64,000 nucleotides of DNA, taken from contig OZ245842.1 in assembly GCA_965228895.1 (NCBI GenBank), positions 1,664,001 to 1,728,000 on the forward strand, read 5' to 3'. The translations under genes were made by a program, and so were the position numbers. Below the pieces are notes generated by a model. The model saw only the letters and a list, made by a program, of their open reading frames with translations. It was not told where the DNA came from and searched no databases. Of this stretch, positions 30,676 through 40,373 are shown piece after piece (the first letter of the stretch is position 1; each line of letters opens with the position of its first letter). The stretch is from Alphaproteobacteria bacterium (GTDB lineage: Bacteria > Pseudomonadota > Alphaproteobacteria > SP197).

Positions 30676-31047
30676 TTGACAACACGGCAGATTTTCAACG
30701 CGAGCGATGCTCATTTCGTGCCGGATGATCGCTATGGCGCACCGGTCGAGGGCATGTGGTGGTGCAACATCAGCTATGACACGGCGACCGGCCTGGGCAG
30801 CTTCCTGCTGCGCATGGATCCCGGCACCAGTTCGAAGCCGCACGAGCATATGGACTTCGAGGAGTTTTTTGTGATCGACGGCGAACTGGTCGACAACGAC
30901 GGCGCTGTGTTTCGACGTGGCGACTTCGTTAGCTTTCGACCGGGATCGAAGCATTGGTCGACAACCGATCAGGGCTGCACCCTCGCGGTCTTTCTGCGTC
31001 GCGCAAACCGGCGTCTAAGCGACGAAGAGCAGCGCAATCTGGGATAG
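30676..31047 (+). CDS. Cupin domain protein (ChrR-like)
   Basis: LLRMDPG..PHEH..EEFFVIDG, GSKH; AGGGAGG RBS. Confidence 0.85.
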   Translation: MTTRQIFNASDAHFVPDDRYGAPVEGMWWCNISYDTATGLGSFLLRMDPGTSSKPHEHMDFEEFFVIDGELVDNDGAVFRRGDFVSFRPGSKHWSTTDQGCTLAVFLRRANRRLSDEEQRNLG

Positions 31048-31262
31048 CGAAAGCTGATCAAGAAACGCTATTTGATTGAAGAAACTCATGAAAGTGGGCC
31101 GTTTGTGTCACAATGGGTCACAAAATGGGACAATTTGGCCTATAATCCGCAAGGATTCGCAGACATCACCCGGCCTTACGGGTAGGGTCGCGACGCTAAT
31201 CGCCACGCCGTCCAACAACAAGAAACGGCGGGCAGGAGCCAAAAAGTGACAGGAAGACGCGC

Positions 31263-34200
31263 ATGGCTGTGGAAGGCTTGGACGTAGCGGCATTATCGGC
31301 GGGTAACCCAGCGGGTTCGCCGGCTCATGTGCCGGCTCATGTGATTGACGGTTTGTCGTCTGGTGGGATCCACATTGACGACGCCGAAAGTGTGTTGCGC
31401 GCGTCATTTGATCGCCAGGGTCCCGATCTCTTGATCGAGGCCCGCGACGGCAGCCAGATTCTGATTCAGGACTACTTCACGGCCGCCACGCCTCCGGATT
31501 TAATTTTGGGCGACGGCGCGGGCGTTATGAAGGGCTCACTGGTATCGGCGCTTGCCGGGTCGCCGACACCCGGCCAGTACGCCCAACTCGATACCGCTTC
31601 GTTGACCGCGAGTTCGGTTGGCCAAGTTGAGGCCATAACCGGCGAAGCGTTTGCCGTTCGTGTCGATGGCACGCGCGTCGCGCTCGAGGTCGGCTCGCCG
31701 ATCTATTTGGGCGATGTGCTCGAGACCTCGTCGGATGGCGCGATCGCGGTGTTGTTCGCCGATGGTACGCGGTTCTCGCTTTCCGAAGACGCGCGCATGG
31801 TTGTCGATGAGCTGATCTACGATCCCGGCTCCGACAGCAACGTCGCATCGTTCTCGCTGGTCCAGGGCCTGTTCGTCCTGGTTTCCGGCGATGTCGCCAA
31901 GACCGGCGACATGACTGTTGAAACGCCGGTTTCCACAATCGGCATCCGTGGCACGTCTGTGGCGATCCAGGCGGCGGCCGAGGGACTGCAGAACCTCGTC
32001 ACGCTGCTACAGGATCCTGACGAAAACATCGGTTTGGTCGAGGTCGCGACCAATGTCGCGACCGTAATCTTGAGCGAACTCGGCGCCACGACGACCGTTT
32101 CGTCCCTCGACCAGGCGCCAGGCGCCGTCGAAATTCTTGAAGGCGCCGATATCGAAGCGCTCTATCGCGCCGCGCTTGCCACCATGCAGGCGTTGAACGA
32201 TGCCAATCTGGGTATCGAGGTCGGTTCTGACGACGGCAGCGGCGACGATGCCCAGCCCGCCGACCCGGACGCCGCTGTGCAAGCCTTTGCCGAGGCAGTC
32301 GAGGATCTGTTTGAAGAACTCGCCATCGCGATCGAAGAAGCCGAGGGCGAGGAGAGCGGCGAGGGCGAGGAAGAAACCGGCGCGTCGGCCGGCGACGAGA
32401 TCGAGAGTCTGCCGGATAAGGGACGCAACGACGAGACGGGGGAAGCCTCGACGGAAGAGGGCGGCGACACCAACAGCCCACCGGCGGGCGCTGTAACGCT
32501 CACCGGCACGTCGGTCGAAGACGCGCTCCTCACGGCAGATGCTTCAGAGATTACCGATGCCGATGGGCTGGGTGAGTTTTCCTATCAGTGGCAGGTTCTG
32601 ACCGAGGGCGGTTGGGTCAACGTTGATGGCGCGACAGACGAGACGTTCGCGCCCGGCGACGACCAGGTTGGCGCACCGGTCCGCGTTGTCGTGTCCTATA
32701 CGGACGGCGGCGGCACCGCCGAGAGTGTCGCGAGCGATCCGACCGATCCGATCGCCAACATCAACGACGAACCTGAGGGTGATGTTGTTGTTGTCGGCGC
32801 CGCGCAAGAAGACTCTCCGTTGTCCGCCGACACGTCGGCACTGAGCGATGACGACGGCCTGGGTGCCTTTAGCTATCAGTGGCAGGCGCTGGTCGGCGGT
32901 GTCTGGACCGATATCGGTGGCGCGACCGCTGACACGTTTACGCCCGGTGACGATCAGGTCGGTCAACAGGTGCGCGTTGTCGTGTCCTATACGGACGGCG
33001 AAGGTACAGCCGAGAGTGTCACGAGCGATCCCACCGCGCCGATCGGCAACCTGAACGATCCGCCGGTCGGTGGCGTTGCAATCGATGGCGTGGCTCAGGA
33101 GAACGCGGTCTTGACGGCGGATACCTCGGGTCTGAGTGACGCCGATGGTTTGGGCGCGTTCAGCTACCAATGGCAGGCCCTGGTCGGCGGTGTCTGGACC
33201 GATATCGGCGGCGCGACGGATGATACGTTCACGCCCGACGATCCACAGGTCGGGTCCCAACTACGCGTCGTCGTCAGCTACACCGATGGCAACGGTACGC
33301 CCGAGAGCGTCAACAGCGGCGCGACCGGTCCCGTGACCAACGTCAACGACGAACCGGCCGGCGCGGTCGCCATCCTCGGCGATGTGCAGGAAGACTCGCT
33401 GCTGACAGCCGACGCCTCGGGCTTGAACGATGCCGACGGCATCGGCGCCTTCAGCTACCAGTGGCAGGCGCTGATCGACGGCGTCTGGACCGACATCGCC
33501 GGCGCGACTGATGAGACCTTTACGCCAGACGATGACCAGGTTGGCGACCAACTGCGTGTGGTCGTCTCCTATACGGACGGCGGCGGCAACGGGGAGTCCG
33601 TTGAAAGCGATGCGACCGCGCCGGTCGCCAATGTTAACGACGAGCCCGCGGGCGACGTGACGATCGGCGGTGTGGCCCAGGAGGATTCGCCGCTGACGGC
33701 TGACGCATCCGGCCTGACGGACGATGATGGTTTGGGCGCGTTCAGCTACCAGTGGCAAGCGCTGACTGATGGTGTTTGGACGGACATCGCTGGTGCGACG
33801 GATGATACGTTTACGCCGGGTGATGACGAAGTCGGCGCCCAAATCCGCGTCGTCGTCAGCTATACCGATGGCGAAGGAACTGCCGAGAGCGTCGAAAGCG
33901 CGGCGACCGACCCGGTTGCCAACGTCAACGACGAGCCCGCCGGCGCGGTTGTCGTTGACGGCGTTGCACAGGAAGACAGCGAACTCGCAGCGGACACCGA
34001 TGGTTTGTCGGACGACGACGGTCTAGGCGCCTTTAGCTATCAGTGGCAGGCTCTGGCCGATGGCGAATGGGTCGATATCGCCGGCGCGACCGACGACACG
34101 TTTACGCCCGGTGACGATCAGGTCGGTCAGCAAGTGCGCGTTGTTGTCAGCTACACGGACGGCGAAGGCACGGGCGAGAGCGTGACCAGCGACGCCACCG

Positions 34201-37200
34201 AACCAATCGGCAACGTTAACGACGGTCCCGAGGGCGACGTCACGATTGCCGGCCTGACTCAGGAAGATGAGGTTCTCACGGCCGATGCGTCGGGTCTCAG
34301 CGATGCCGATGGATTGGGCGCATTCAGCTACCAGTGGCAGGCGCTGGTCGACGGCGAATGGATCGATATCGCCGGTGCGACAGACGATACGTTTACGCCG
34401 GGTGATGACGAGGTCGGTCAGCAGGTGCGTGTCGTCGTCAGTTACACAGACGGCGAGGGAACCGCGGAAACCGTCGAGAGTGGCCCGACCGCACCGATTG
34501 CCAATGTGAACGACGAACCGGCTGGCGCTGTCACGATTGACGGTGCGGCGCAGGAAGATTCCGTACTCACCGCAAACACCGACGGCCTGACGGACGATGA
34601 TGGTTTGGGCGCGTTCAGCTACCAGTGGCAGGCGCTGGTCGACGGCGAGTGGATCGATATCGCCGGTGCGTCGGATGACACCTTCACGCCGGGCGATGAC
34701 GAGGTCGGTGCGCAGGTCCGCGTTGTCGTCAGCTACACAGACGGCGAGGGAACCGCCGAAACCGTCGAGAGTGACCCGACCACACCGATTGCCAATGTGA
34801 ACGATGATCCTGCCGGCGCGGTGACGATCGATGGTGCTGCCCAGGAAGATTCTGTGCTCACGGCCAACACCGACGGTTTGTCGGACGACGACGGTTTGGG
34901 TGCCTTCTCGTACCAGTGGCAGGCCCTGGTTGATGGCGAATGGACGGACATCGCCGGCGCCACGGACGACACGTTCACACCCGGCGACGATCAGGTCGGG
35001 CAGCAGTTACGCGTTGTCGTCGACTACACGGACGGCCAGGGGACGGCTGAGTCCGTCGAGAGCGATCCGACGGCGCCGATCGGCAACGAGAACGATCCCC
35101 CGCAAGGCGCGGTGCTGGTTGATGGTGTGGCTCAAGAAGACAGCGAGCTCGCCGCCAACACCGGCGGTCTTTCGGATGACGATGGCCTCGGCGCCTTCTC
35201 GTACCAGTGGCAGGCGCTGGTTGACGGCGAATGGACGGACATTGCCGGTGCCACGGACGACACGTTCACGCCAGGCGATGACGAGGTCGGCGCCCAGGTC
35301 CGTGTTGTCGTCAGCTATACGGACGGCGAGGGAACCGCGGAAACCGTCGAGAGCGACCCGACCGCACCGATTGCTAACGTGAACGATGAACCTGCCGGTG
35401 CTGTCATCATAGACGGTGTCGCACAGGAAGATTCCGTACTCACCGCGAACACCGATGGTCTGTCGGATGATGACGGTCTTGGTGCATTCAGCTACCAATG
35501 GCAGGCGCTGGTCGACGGCGAATGGATCGATATCGCCGGTGCGACGGATGATACGTTTGCGCCGGGTGATGACGAGGTCGGCGCGCAGGTGCGTGTCGTC
35601 GTGAGCTACACAGACGGCGAAGGCACGGCTGAGAGTGTCGAAAGCGCGGCGACCGACCCGGTTGCGAACGTCAACGATGATCCTGCGGGCGCGGTCACGA
35701 TTGATGGCGTGGCACAGGAAGATTCCGTTCTCACCGCGAACACCGACGGCCTTTCGGATGATGACGGTCTTGGTGCGTTCAGCTACCAGTGGCAGGCATT
35801 GCTGGATGGTGAATGGATCGACATCGCCGGTGCGACAGACGATACGTTCACGCCGGGTGATGATGAGGTCGGGGATCAGCTCCGCGTTGTCGTCAGCTAT
35901 ACGGATGGCGAGGGTACGCCTGAAGCAGTTGAGAGCACTGCGACCGATCCGATTGCCAATGTGAACGACGATCCCGCTGGTTCGGTGGTGGTCGATGGCA
36001 CGGCGCAGGAAGATTCCGTACTCACCGCGAACACCGATGGTCTGTCGGATGATGACGGTCTTGGTGCGTTCAGCTACCAGTGGCAGGCGCTGGTTGACGG
36101 TGAATGGATCGATATCGCCGGTGCGACGGACGATACGTTTGCACCGGGTGATGACGAGGTCGGTGCGCAGGTGCGTGTCGTCGTCAGCTACACAGACGGC
36201 GAGGGAGCCGCCGAAACCGTCGAGAGTGACCCGACCGCACCGATTGCCAATGTGAACGACGAACCGGCTGGCGCTGTCACGATCGATGGCGCTGCCCAGG
36301 AGGACTCCGAGCTCACCGCGAACACGGACGGGTTGTCGGACGACGACGGTTTGGGTGCCTTCTCGTACCAGTGGCAGGCCCTTGTCGACGGCGAATGGAC
36401 CGATATCGCCGGAGCGACGGATGATACGTTTACACCGGGTGACGACCAGGTCGGGCAGCAGTTGCGGGTTGTCGTCGACTACACCGACGGCGAGGGCACG
36501 GCTGAGTCCGTCGAGAGCGATCCCACGGCGCCGATCGGCAATGAGAATGACCCGCCTGAGGGTGCGGTTCTGATTGACGGTACTGCCGAGGAAGATAGCG
36601 AGCTCACAGCCAACACTGACGGGTTGTCGGATGACGATGGTCTCGGCGCCTTCTCGTACCAGTGGCAGGCGCTGCTCGACGGCGAATGGATCGACATCGC
36701 CGGTGCGACGGATGATACGTTCACGCCAGGCGATGACGAGGTCGGCGCGCAGGTTCGTGTTGTCGTCAGCTATACCGATGGCGAGGGCACGGCGGAAAGC
36801 GTTGAGAGTGAAGCAACGGAGCCGGTCGCCAATGTGAACGACGAGCCCGCCGGCGCCGTGACAATTGATGGTATCGCGCAGGAAGACGGCGAACTGACCG
36901 CCAACACCGATAGTTTATCCGATGACGACGGACTGGGTGACCTCAGCTATCAGTGGCAAGCGTTCGTCGGCGGCGTGTGGACCGTCATTGCTGGCGCAAC
37001 CAATGCGACGTTCACGCCAGGCGATGATCAGGTCGGACTGCAGTTGCGTGTTGTCGTCGACTACACGGACGGCCAGGGGACGGCTGAAAGCGTCGAGAGC
37101 GCGGCGACCGACCCGGTCGCCAATGTGAACGACGACCCTGCCGGTGCGGTTGTGGTTGATGGCATTGCGCAGGAAGACAGCGAACTCGCGGCCAACACCG

Positions 37201-40091
37201 ATGGGTTGTCGGATGACGATGGGCTGGGCGCATTCAGCTACCAGTGGCAGGCGTTGGTCGACGGTGAGTGGGTCGATATAGCCGGTGCGACAGACGACAC
37301 GTTCACGCCAGGCGATGACGAGGTTGGCTCTCAAGTTCGTGTCGTCGTGAGCTATACGGACGGTCAAGGCACAGCGGAAACGGTCGAAAGCGGCCCCACG
37401 GCGCCGATCGGCAACGTGAACGACGAACCCGCGGGTGCGGTGACGATCGGTGGCATCGCGCAGGAAGATTCCGTGCTGACGGCCAACACCGATGCGCTGT
37501 CCGATGCCGATGGCCTCGGTGCGTTCTCTTATCAGTGGCAAGCGCTGATCGACGGCGAATGGACCGACATCGCGGGCGCGACGGACGATACCTTCACGCC
37601 GGGCGACCAAGAAGTCGGCGCGCAGGTCCGCGTGGTCGTGTCTTACACCGATGGCGGCGGCAACGATGAGAGCGTCGAAAGCGCGCCAACCGATCCGATC
37701 GCGAACGTCAACGACGAACCGGCTGGTGGCGTTGGTATTGACGGTGTCGCGCAGGAAGATTCGGTGCTGACGGCCAACACCGGTGATCTGTCGGACGACG
37801 ACGGTCTCGGTGCCTTCAGCTACCAGTGGCAGGCGCTGGTGGACGGCGAGTGGACCGACATCGATGGCGCAACCGATGACACGTTCACGCCGGGCGATGA
37901 TGAGGTCGGCGCACCGGTTCGCGTTGTCGTCAGTTACACCGATGGCGAGGGCACCGCGGAGCAGGTCGAAAGTTCGGCAACCGACCCGATCGCCAATGTC
38001 AACGACGAGCCTGAAGGCGGCGTTGGCATCAGTGGCGTGGCCCAGGAGGACGCGCCTCTGACGGCTGACACATCGGCTCTCAGCGATGCCGATGGCCTCG
38101 GCGCGTTCAGCTATCAGTGGCAAGTCTTGACCGACACCGGCTGGCAGGACATCGACGGTGCGACCAACGATAGCTTTACCCCCGGTGACGATGAGGTCGG
38201 TTTCCAGCTGCGTGTCGTCGTCAGCTACACCGATGGCGGTGGTAACCTGGAGACTGTCGAGAGTGCCGCCACCGATAACGTCGCCAATGTCAACGATGCG
38301 CCCGAAGGCGACGTTGTCATCAACGGCGAAGCCGAAGAAAACGAAGAGCTCACGGCTGACCCATCGGGTCTGAGCGATGCCGACGGCCTCGGTGCGTTTA
38401 GTTACCAGTGGCAAGTGCTGACTGTGGATGGCTGGGTGAACATCACAGGCGCGACGAACGCCACGTTCACACCCGATGAGGACCAGATCGGATCTCAGGT
38501 GCGTGTTGTCGTCAGCTACACGGATGGTCAGGGCACCGTCGAGACGGTCGAAAGTGCTGCGACCGATGAAATTGTGGGCGAGCCTGGCGAGGTCGATGTC
38601 ATCGTCAACGACGATGGTGAGGCGTTCCTGCAGGGCACGTATGTCGAGTTGGGCATCGCCGCCAATGGTTCGATGGGGACGGTCGGCGCGGCGCCGGACT
38701 CGTTCGAGGCGTCTGACGAACCTGGTTCAGACGGTCTCTCATTCTACGCCAGCAACGCGCCGCTGGCCGACGGCAACAACGGCACTGGCGATGCCTTCTT
38801 GCCCGGCACTCCGGTCGAGAACTTCACGCTGGCGTTTACCGACTCCGAGGGGTCGTTTGTCGGCTCGAACAAGAACGCCGACGATGGCACCGACATCCCG
38901 TTGACGTTGGAAAGCACGTCGTCTGATAACGGTGTTGCGTCGGCGACCATGACGGGCAGTGTCGATGACAAGGTCGAGATCAGCCAGACGGTCAGCCTTG
39001 GCGCCGACGACACCTACTACACAACGACCGTGACAATCACCAACACAGGCGACGAGACGATTACGGGCCTGCGCTACATGCGCAACAACGACCCCGATCA
39101 CGAGGTCGATGTGGAAGGCTCAGACGCCTTCCCGACGATTAACGATGTTCTGTTGAACCCGGATGGCGACGGTGGTGTCGCTGCGGTCAACGCGCTGGGT
39201 CAGTTCAACGGTCAGAGTATCCTGTTGGTGGCCGATCAGTCGGCACTGAACCAGGACAACGGTCTTGACGACGGATCCATCCAGGTTCGTGCATCCGCTT
39301 ACGGTTTTGAGAACCTCGACCCGTTCAACCCCAACGGCTTCGATAACCCGGCTGACCCGGATGGTTCGACCGCGGATATCGGCATCAACCTGGTTTATGT
39401 GCTGCCGGATCTGGAACCTGGTGAGTCCATTACGATCACCTGGGTGACCTCGACCAACAACCCGTCCGACGGCAACGACTATCTGGTCGCCCAGGCGGAC
39501 CAGACGGTGATCGACGGCGGCAACGGGAACGATATCATCCTTGCCGCGCGCGAGGACGTGAGCGAGACCCTGATCGGCGGTAACGGGACCGATGCGCTGT
39601 TTGCCTATAGCACCGGCGCGATCGGCGACATTCTTGTGGGCGGCAATGGCAGCGACTTCCTGAGTAGCGGCGGTGGTGCCGACAGTCTGACCGGTGGCCT
39701 CGGCCCCGATGTCTTCTTCTATGACGATGAGGAGGACGGCCATATTATTGCAAGCAACACGGTCTATTCATCGATCGCGTCGCCGGAAGCCGACACCATC
39801 GTCGATTTCGAAAGCGGGCTGGATGTCATCCAACTGCTCAGCGATGCGTTTGGGGACATGCCTGTCGGCGAACTGGTCGAAGGCGTCAACTTCTCGGTGA
39901 TCGACGAGTCGTACGACGGCACCAATGCCGGCACCAATGCGAACCACGATGCCGGGCAAGGGACTTTCGTCTACTCCGTGTCCGACGGCACCCTGCACTA
40001 CGACGGCAATGGCGCTGATGCCGGTTACACAGCAGTTGCGGCAATGGACCAGCCTGCGGCCTCTGATATCGAAATCGTCTCCAGCACGTGA
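31263..40091 (+). CDS. Giant acidic RTX/T1SS-type surface protein (2942 aa): BapA-prefix-like + FecR-like N-terminus, 21 Ig/cadherin-like repeats, C-terminal putative ligand domain and Ca-binding repeats
   Basis: RQGPDLLI..DG..I..DYF; TPVSTIGIRGT; 97-aa YQWQ...VSYTDG...NVNDEP repeats; GGNGND/GGNGTD/GGNGSD nonapeptides; no Sec signal. Confidence 0.9.
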   Translation: MAVEGLDVAALSAGNPAGSPAHVPAHVIDGLSSGGIHIDDAESVLRASFDRQGPDLLIEARDGSQILIQDYFTAATPPDLILGDGAGVMKGSLVSALAGSPTPGQYAQLDTASLTASSVGQVEAITGEAFAVRVDGTRVALEVGSPIYLGDVLETSSDGAIAVLFADGTRFSLSEDARMVVDELIYDPGSDSNVASFSLVQGLFVLVSGDVAKTGDMTVETPVSTIGIRGTSVAIQAAAEGLQNLVTLLQDPDENIGLVEVATNVATVILSELGATTTVSSLDQAPGAVEILEGADIEALYRAALATMQALNDANLGIEVGSDDGSGDDAQPADPDAAVQAFAEAVEDLFEELAIAIEEAEGEESGEGEEETGASAGDEIESLPDKGRNDETGEASTEEGGDTNSPPAGAVTLTGTSVEDALLTADASEITDADGLGEFSYQWQVLTEGGWVNVDGATDETFAPGDDQVGAPVRVVVSYTDGGGTAESVASDPTDPIANINDEPEGDVVVVGAAQEDSPLSADTSALSDDDGLGAFSYQWQALVGGVWTDIGGATADTFTPGDDQVGQQVRVVVSYTDGEGTAESVTSDPTAPIGNLNDPPVGGVAIDGVAQENAVLTADTSGLSDADGLGAFSYQWQALVGGVWTDIGGATDDTFTPDDPQVGSQLRVVVSYTDGNGTPESVNSGATGPVTNVNDEPAGAVAILGDVQEDSLLTADASGLNDADGIGAFSYQWQALIDGVWTDIAGATDETFTPDDDQVGDQLRVVVSYTDGGGNGESVESDATAPVANVNDEPAGDVTIGGVAQEDSPLTADASGLTDDDGLGAFSYQWQALTDGVWTDIAGATDDTFTPGDDEVGAQIRVVVSYTDGEGTAESVESAATDPVANVNDEPAGAVVVDGVAQEDSELAADTDGLSDDDGLGAFSYQWQALADGEWVDIAGATDDTFTPGDDQVGQQVRVVVSYTDGEGTGESVTSDATEPIGNVNDGPEGDVTIAGLTQEDEVLTADASGLSDADGLGAFSYQWQALVDGEWIDIAGATDDTFTPGDDEVGQQVRVVVSYTDGEGTAETVESGPTAPIANVNDEPAGAVTIDGAAQEDSVLTANTDGLTDDDGLGAFSYQWQALVDGEWIDIAGASDDTFTPGDDEVGAQVRVVVSYTDGEGTAETVESDPTTPIANVNDDPAGAVTIDGAAQEDSVLTANTDGLSDDDGLGAFSYQWQALVDGEWTDIAGATDDTFTPGDDQVGQQLRVVVDYTDGQGTAESVESDPTAPIGNENDPPQGAVLVDGVAQEDSELAANTGGLSDDDGLGAFSYQWQALVDGEWTDIAGATDDTFTPGDDEVGAQVRVVVSYTDGEGTAETVESDPTAPIANVNDEPAGAVIIDGVAQEDSVLTANTDGLSDDDGLGAFSYQWQALVDGEWIDIAGATDDTFAPGDDEVGAQVRVVVSYTDGEGTAESVESAATDPVANVNDDPAGAVTIDGVAQEDSVLTANTDGLSDDDGLGAFSYQWQALLDGEWIDIAGATDDTFTPGDDEVGDQLRVVVSYTDGEGTPEAVESTATDPIANVNDDPAGSVVVDGTAQEDSVLTANTDGLSDDDGLGAFSYQWQALVDGEWIDIAGATDDTFAPGDDEVGAQVRVVVSYTDGEGAAETVESDPTAPIANVNDEPAGAVTIDGAAQEDSELTANTDGLSDDDGLGAFSYQWQALVDGEWTDIAGATDDTFTPGDDQVGQQLRVVVDYTDGEGTAESVESDPTAPIGNENDPPEGAVLIDGTAEEDSELTANTDGLSDDDGLGAFSYQWQALLDGEWIDIAGATDDTFTPGDDEVGAQVRVVVSYTDGEGTAESVESEATEPVANVNDEPAGAVTIDGIAQEDGELTANTDSLSDDDGLGDLSYQWQAFVGGVWTVIAGATNATFTPGDDQVGLQLRVVVDYTDGQGTAESVESAATDPVANVNDDPAGAVVVDGIAQEDSELAANTDGLSDDDGLGAFSYQWQALVDGEWVDIAGATDDTFTPGDDEVGSQVRVVVSYTDGQGTAETVESGPTAPIGNVNDEPAGAVTIGGIAQEDSVLTANTDALSDADGLGAFSYQWQALIDGEWTDIAGATDDTFTPGDQEVGAQVRVVVSYTDGGGNDESVESAPTDPIANVNDEPAGGVGIDGVAQEDSVLTANTGDLSDDDGLGAFSYQWQALVDGEWTDIDGATDDTFTPGDDEVGAPVRVVVSYTDGEGTAEQVESSATDPIANVNDEPEGGVGISGVAQEDAPLTADTSALSDADGLGAFSYQWQVLTDTGWQDIDGATNDSFTPGDDEVGFQLRVVVSYTDGGGNLETVESAATDNVANVNDAPEGDVVINGEAEENEELTADPSGLSDADGLGAFSYQWQVLTVDGWVNITGATNATFTPDEDQIGSQVRVVVSYTDGQGTVETVESAATDEIVGEPGEVDVIVNDDGEAFLQGTYVELGIAANGSMGTVGAAPDSFEASDEPGSDGLSFYASNAPLADGNNGTGDAFLPGTPVENFTLAFTDSEGSFVGSNKNADDGTDIPLTLESTSSDNGVASATMTGSVDDKVEISQTVSLGADDTYYTTTVTITNTGDETITGLRYMRNNDPDHEVDVEGSDAFPTINDVLLNPDGDGGVAAVNALGQFNGQSILLVADQSALNQDNGLDDGSIQVRASAYGFENLDPFNPNGFDNPADPDGSTADIGINLVYVLPDLEPGESITITWVTSTNNPSDGNDYLVAQADQTVIDGGNGNDIILAAREDVSETLIGGNGTDALFAYSTGAIGDILVGGNGSDFLSSGGGADSLTGGLGPDVFFYDDEEDGHIIASNTVYSSIASPEADTIVDFESGLDVIQLLSDAFGDMPVGELVEGVNFSVIDESYDGTNAGTNANHDAGQGTFVYSVSDGTLHYDGNGADAGYTAVAAMDQPAASDIEIVSST
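32472..38582 (+). repeat. Intragenic tandem array of 21 units of 291 bp (97 aa)
   Basis: Unit starts (N-x-x-P) at 32472, 32763 and onward at 291-bp spacing; 21 YQWQ motifs counted. Confidence 0.9.
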
Positions 40092-40373
40092 TGTTTTACG
40101 CTGGCCGGCCTCACTAAAAGGCCAGCTAGGCTGCCATATCGTCGCGTTTGCGGGCCTGGCCGTCAGGCATCCGCCCAAATGCCTTCAATTCGGCTCGATG
40201 TGTGACGGCTGACACACCTGCCCATCTCTACCACCAGCGATAGTCAATCCGGGTTTTTCGCATGCGTAATGCGAAAAGAGCGCTGCTATGGCAAATCCGT
40301 GGGGATACGGATCTGTCGACGTGGTGAGCGCAGATAATAAGGGCCAAAGGCCCAGTCTGAAGGACACACGCGA

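Noticed and set aside
32472-38582. Regularly spaced repeats as a CRISPR array
   Set aside because: Units are 291 bp, in-frame and protein-coding, with synonymous variation, no unique spacers and no cas genes
40288-40345. c-di-GMP-I riboswitch upstream of the short adhesin (GGCAAA-TCCGT...ACGGA hairpin)
   Set aside because: Lacks the GNRA loop and the following GACGCAAAGC/P3 consensus; only a generic hairpin
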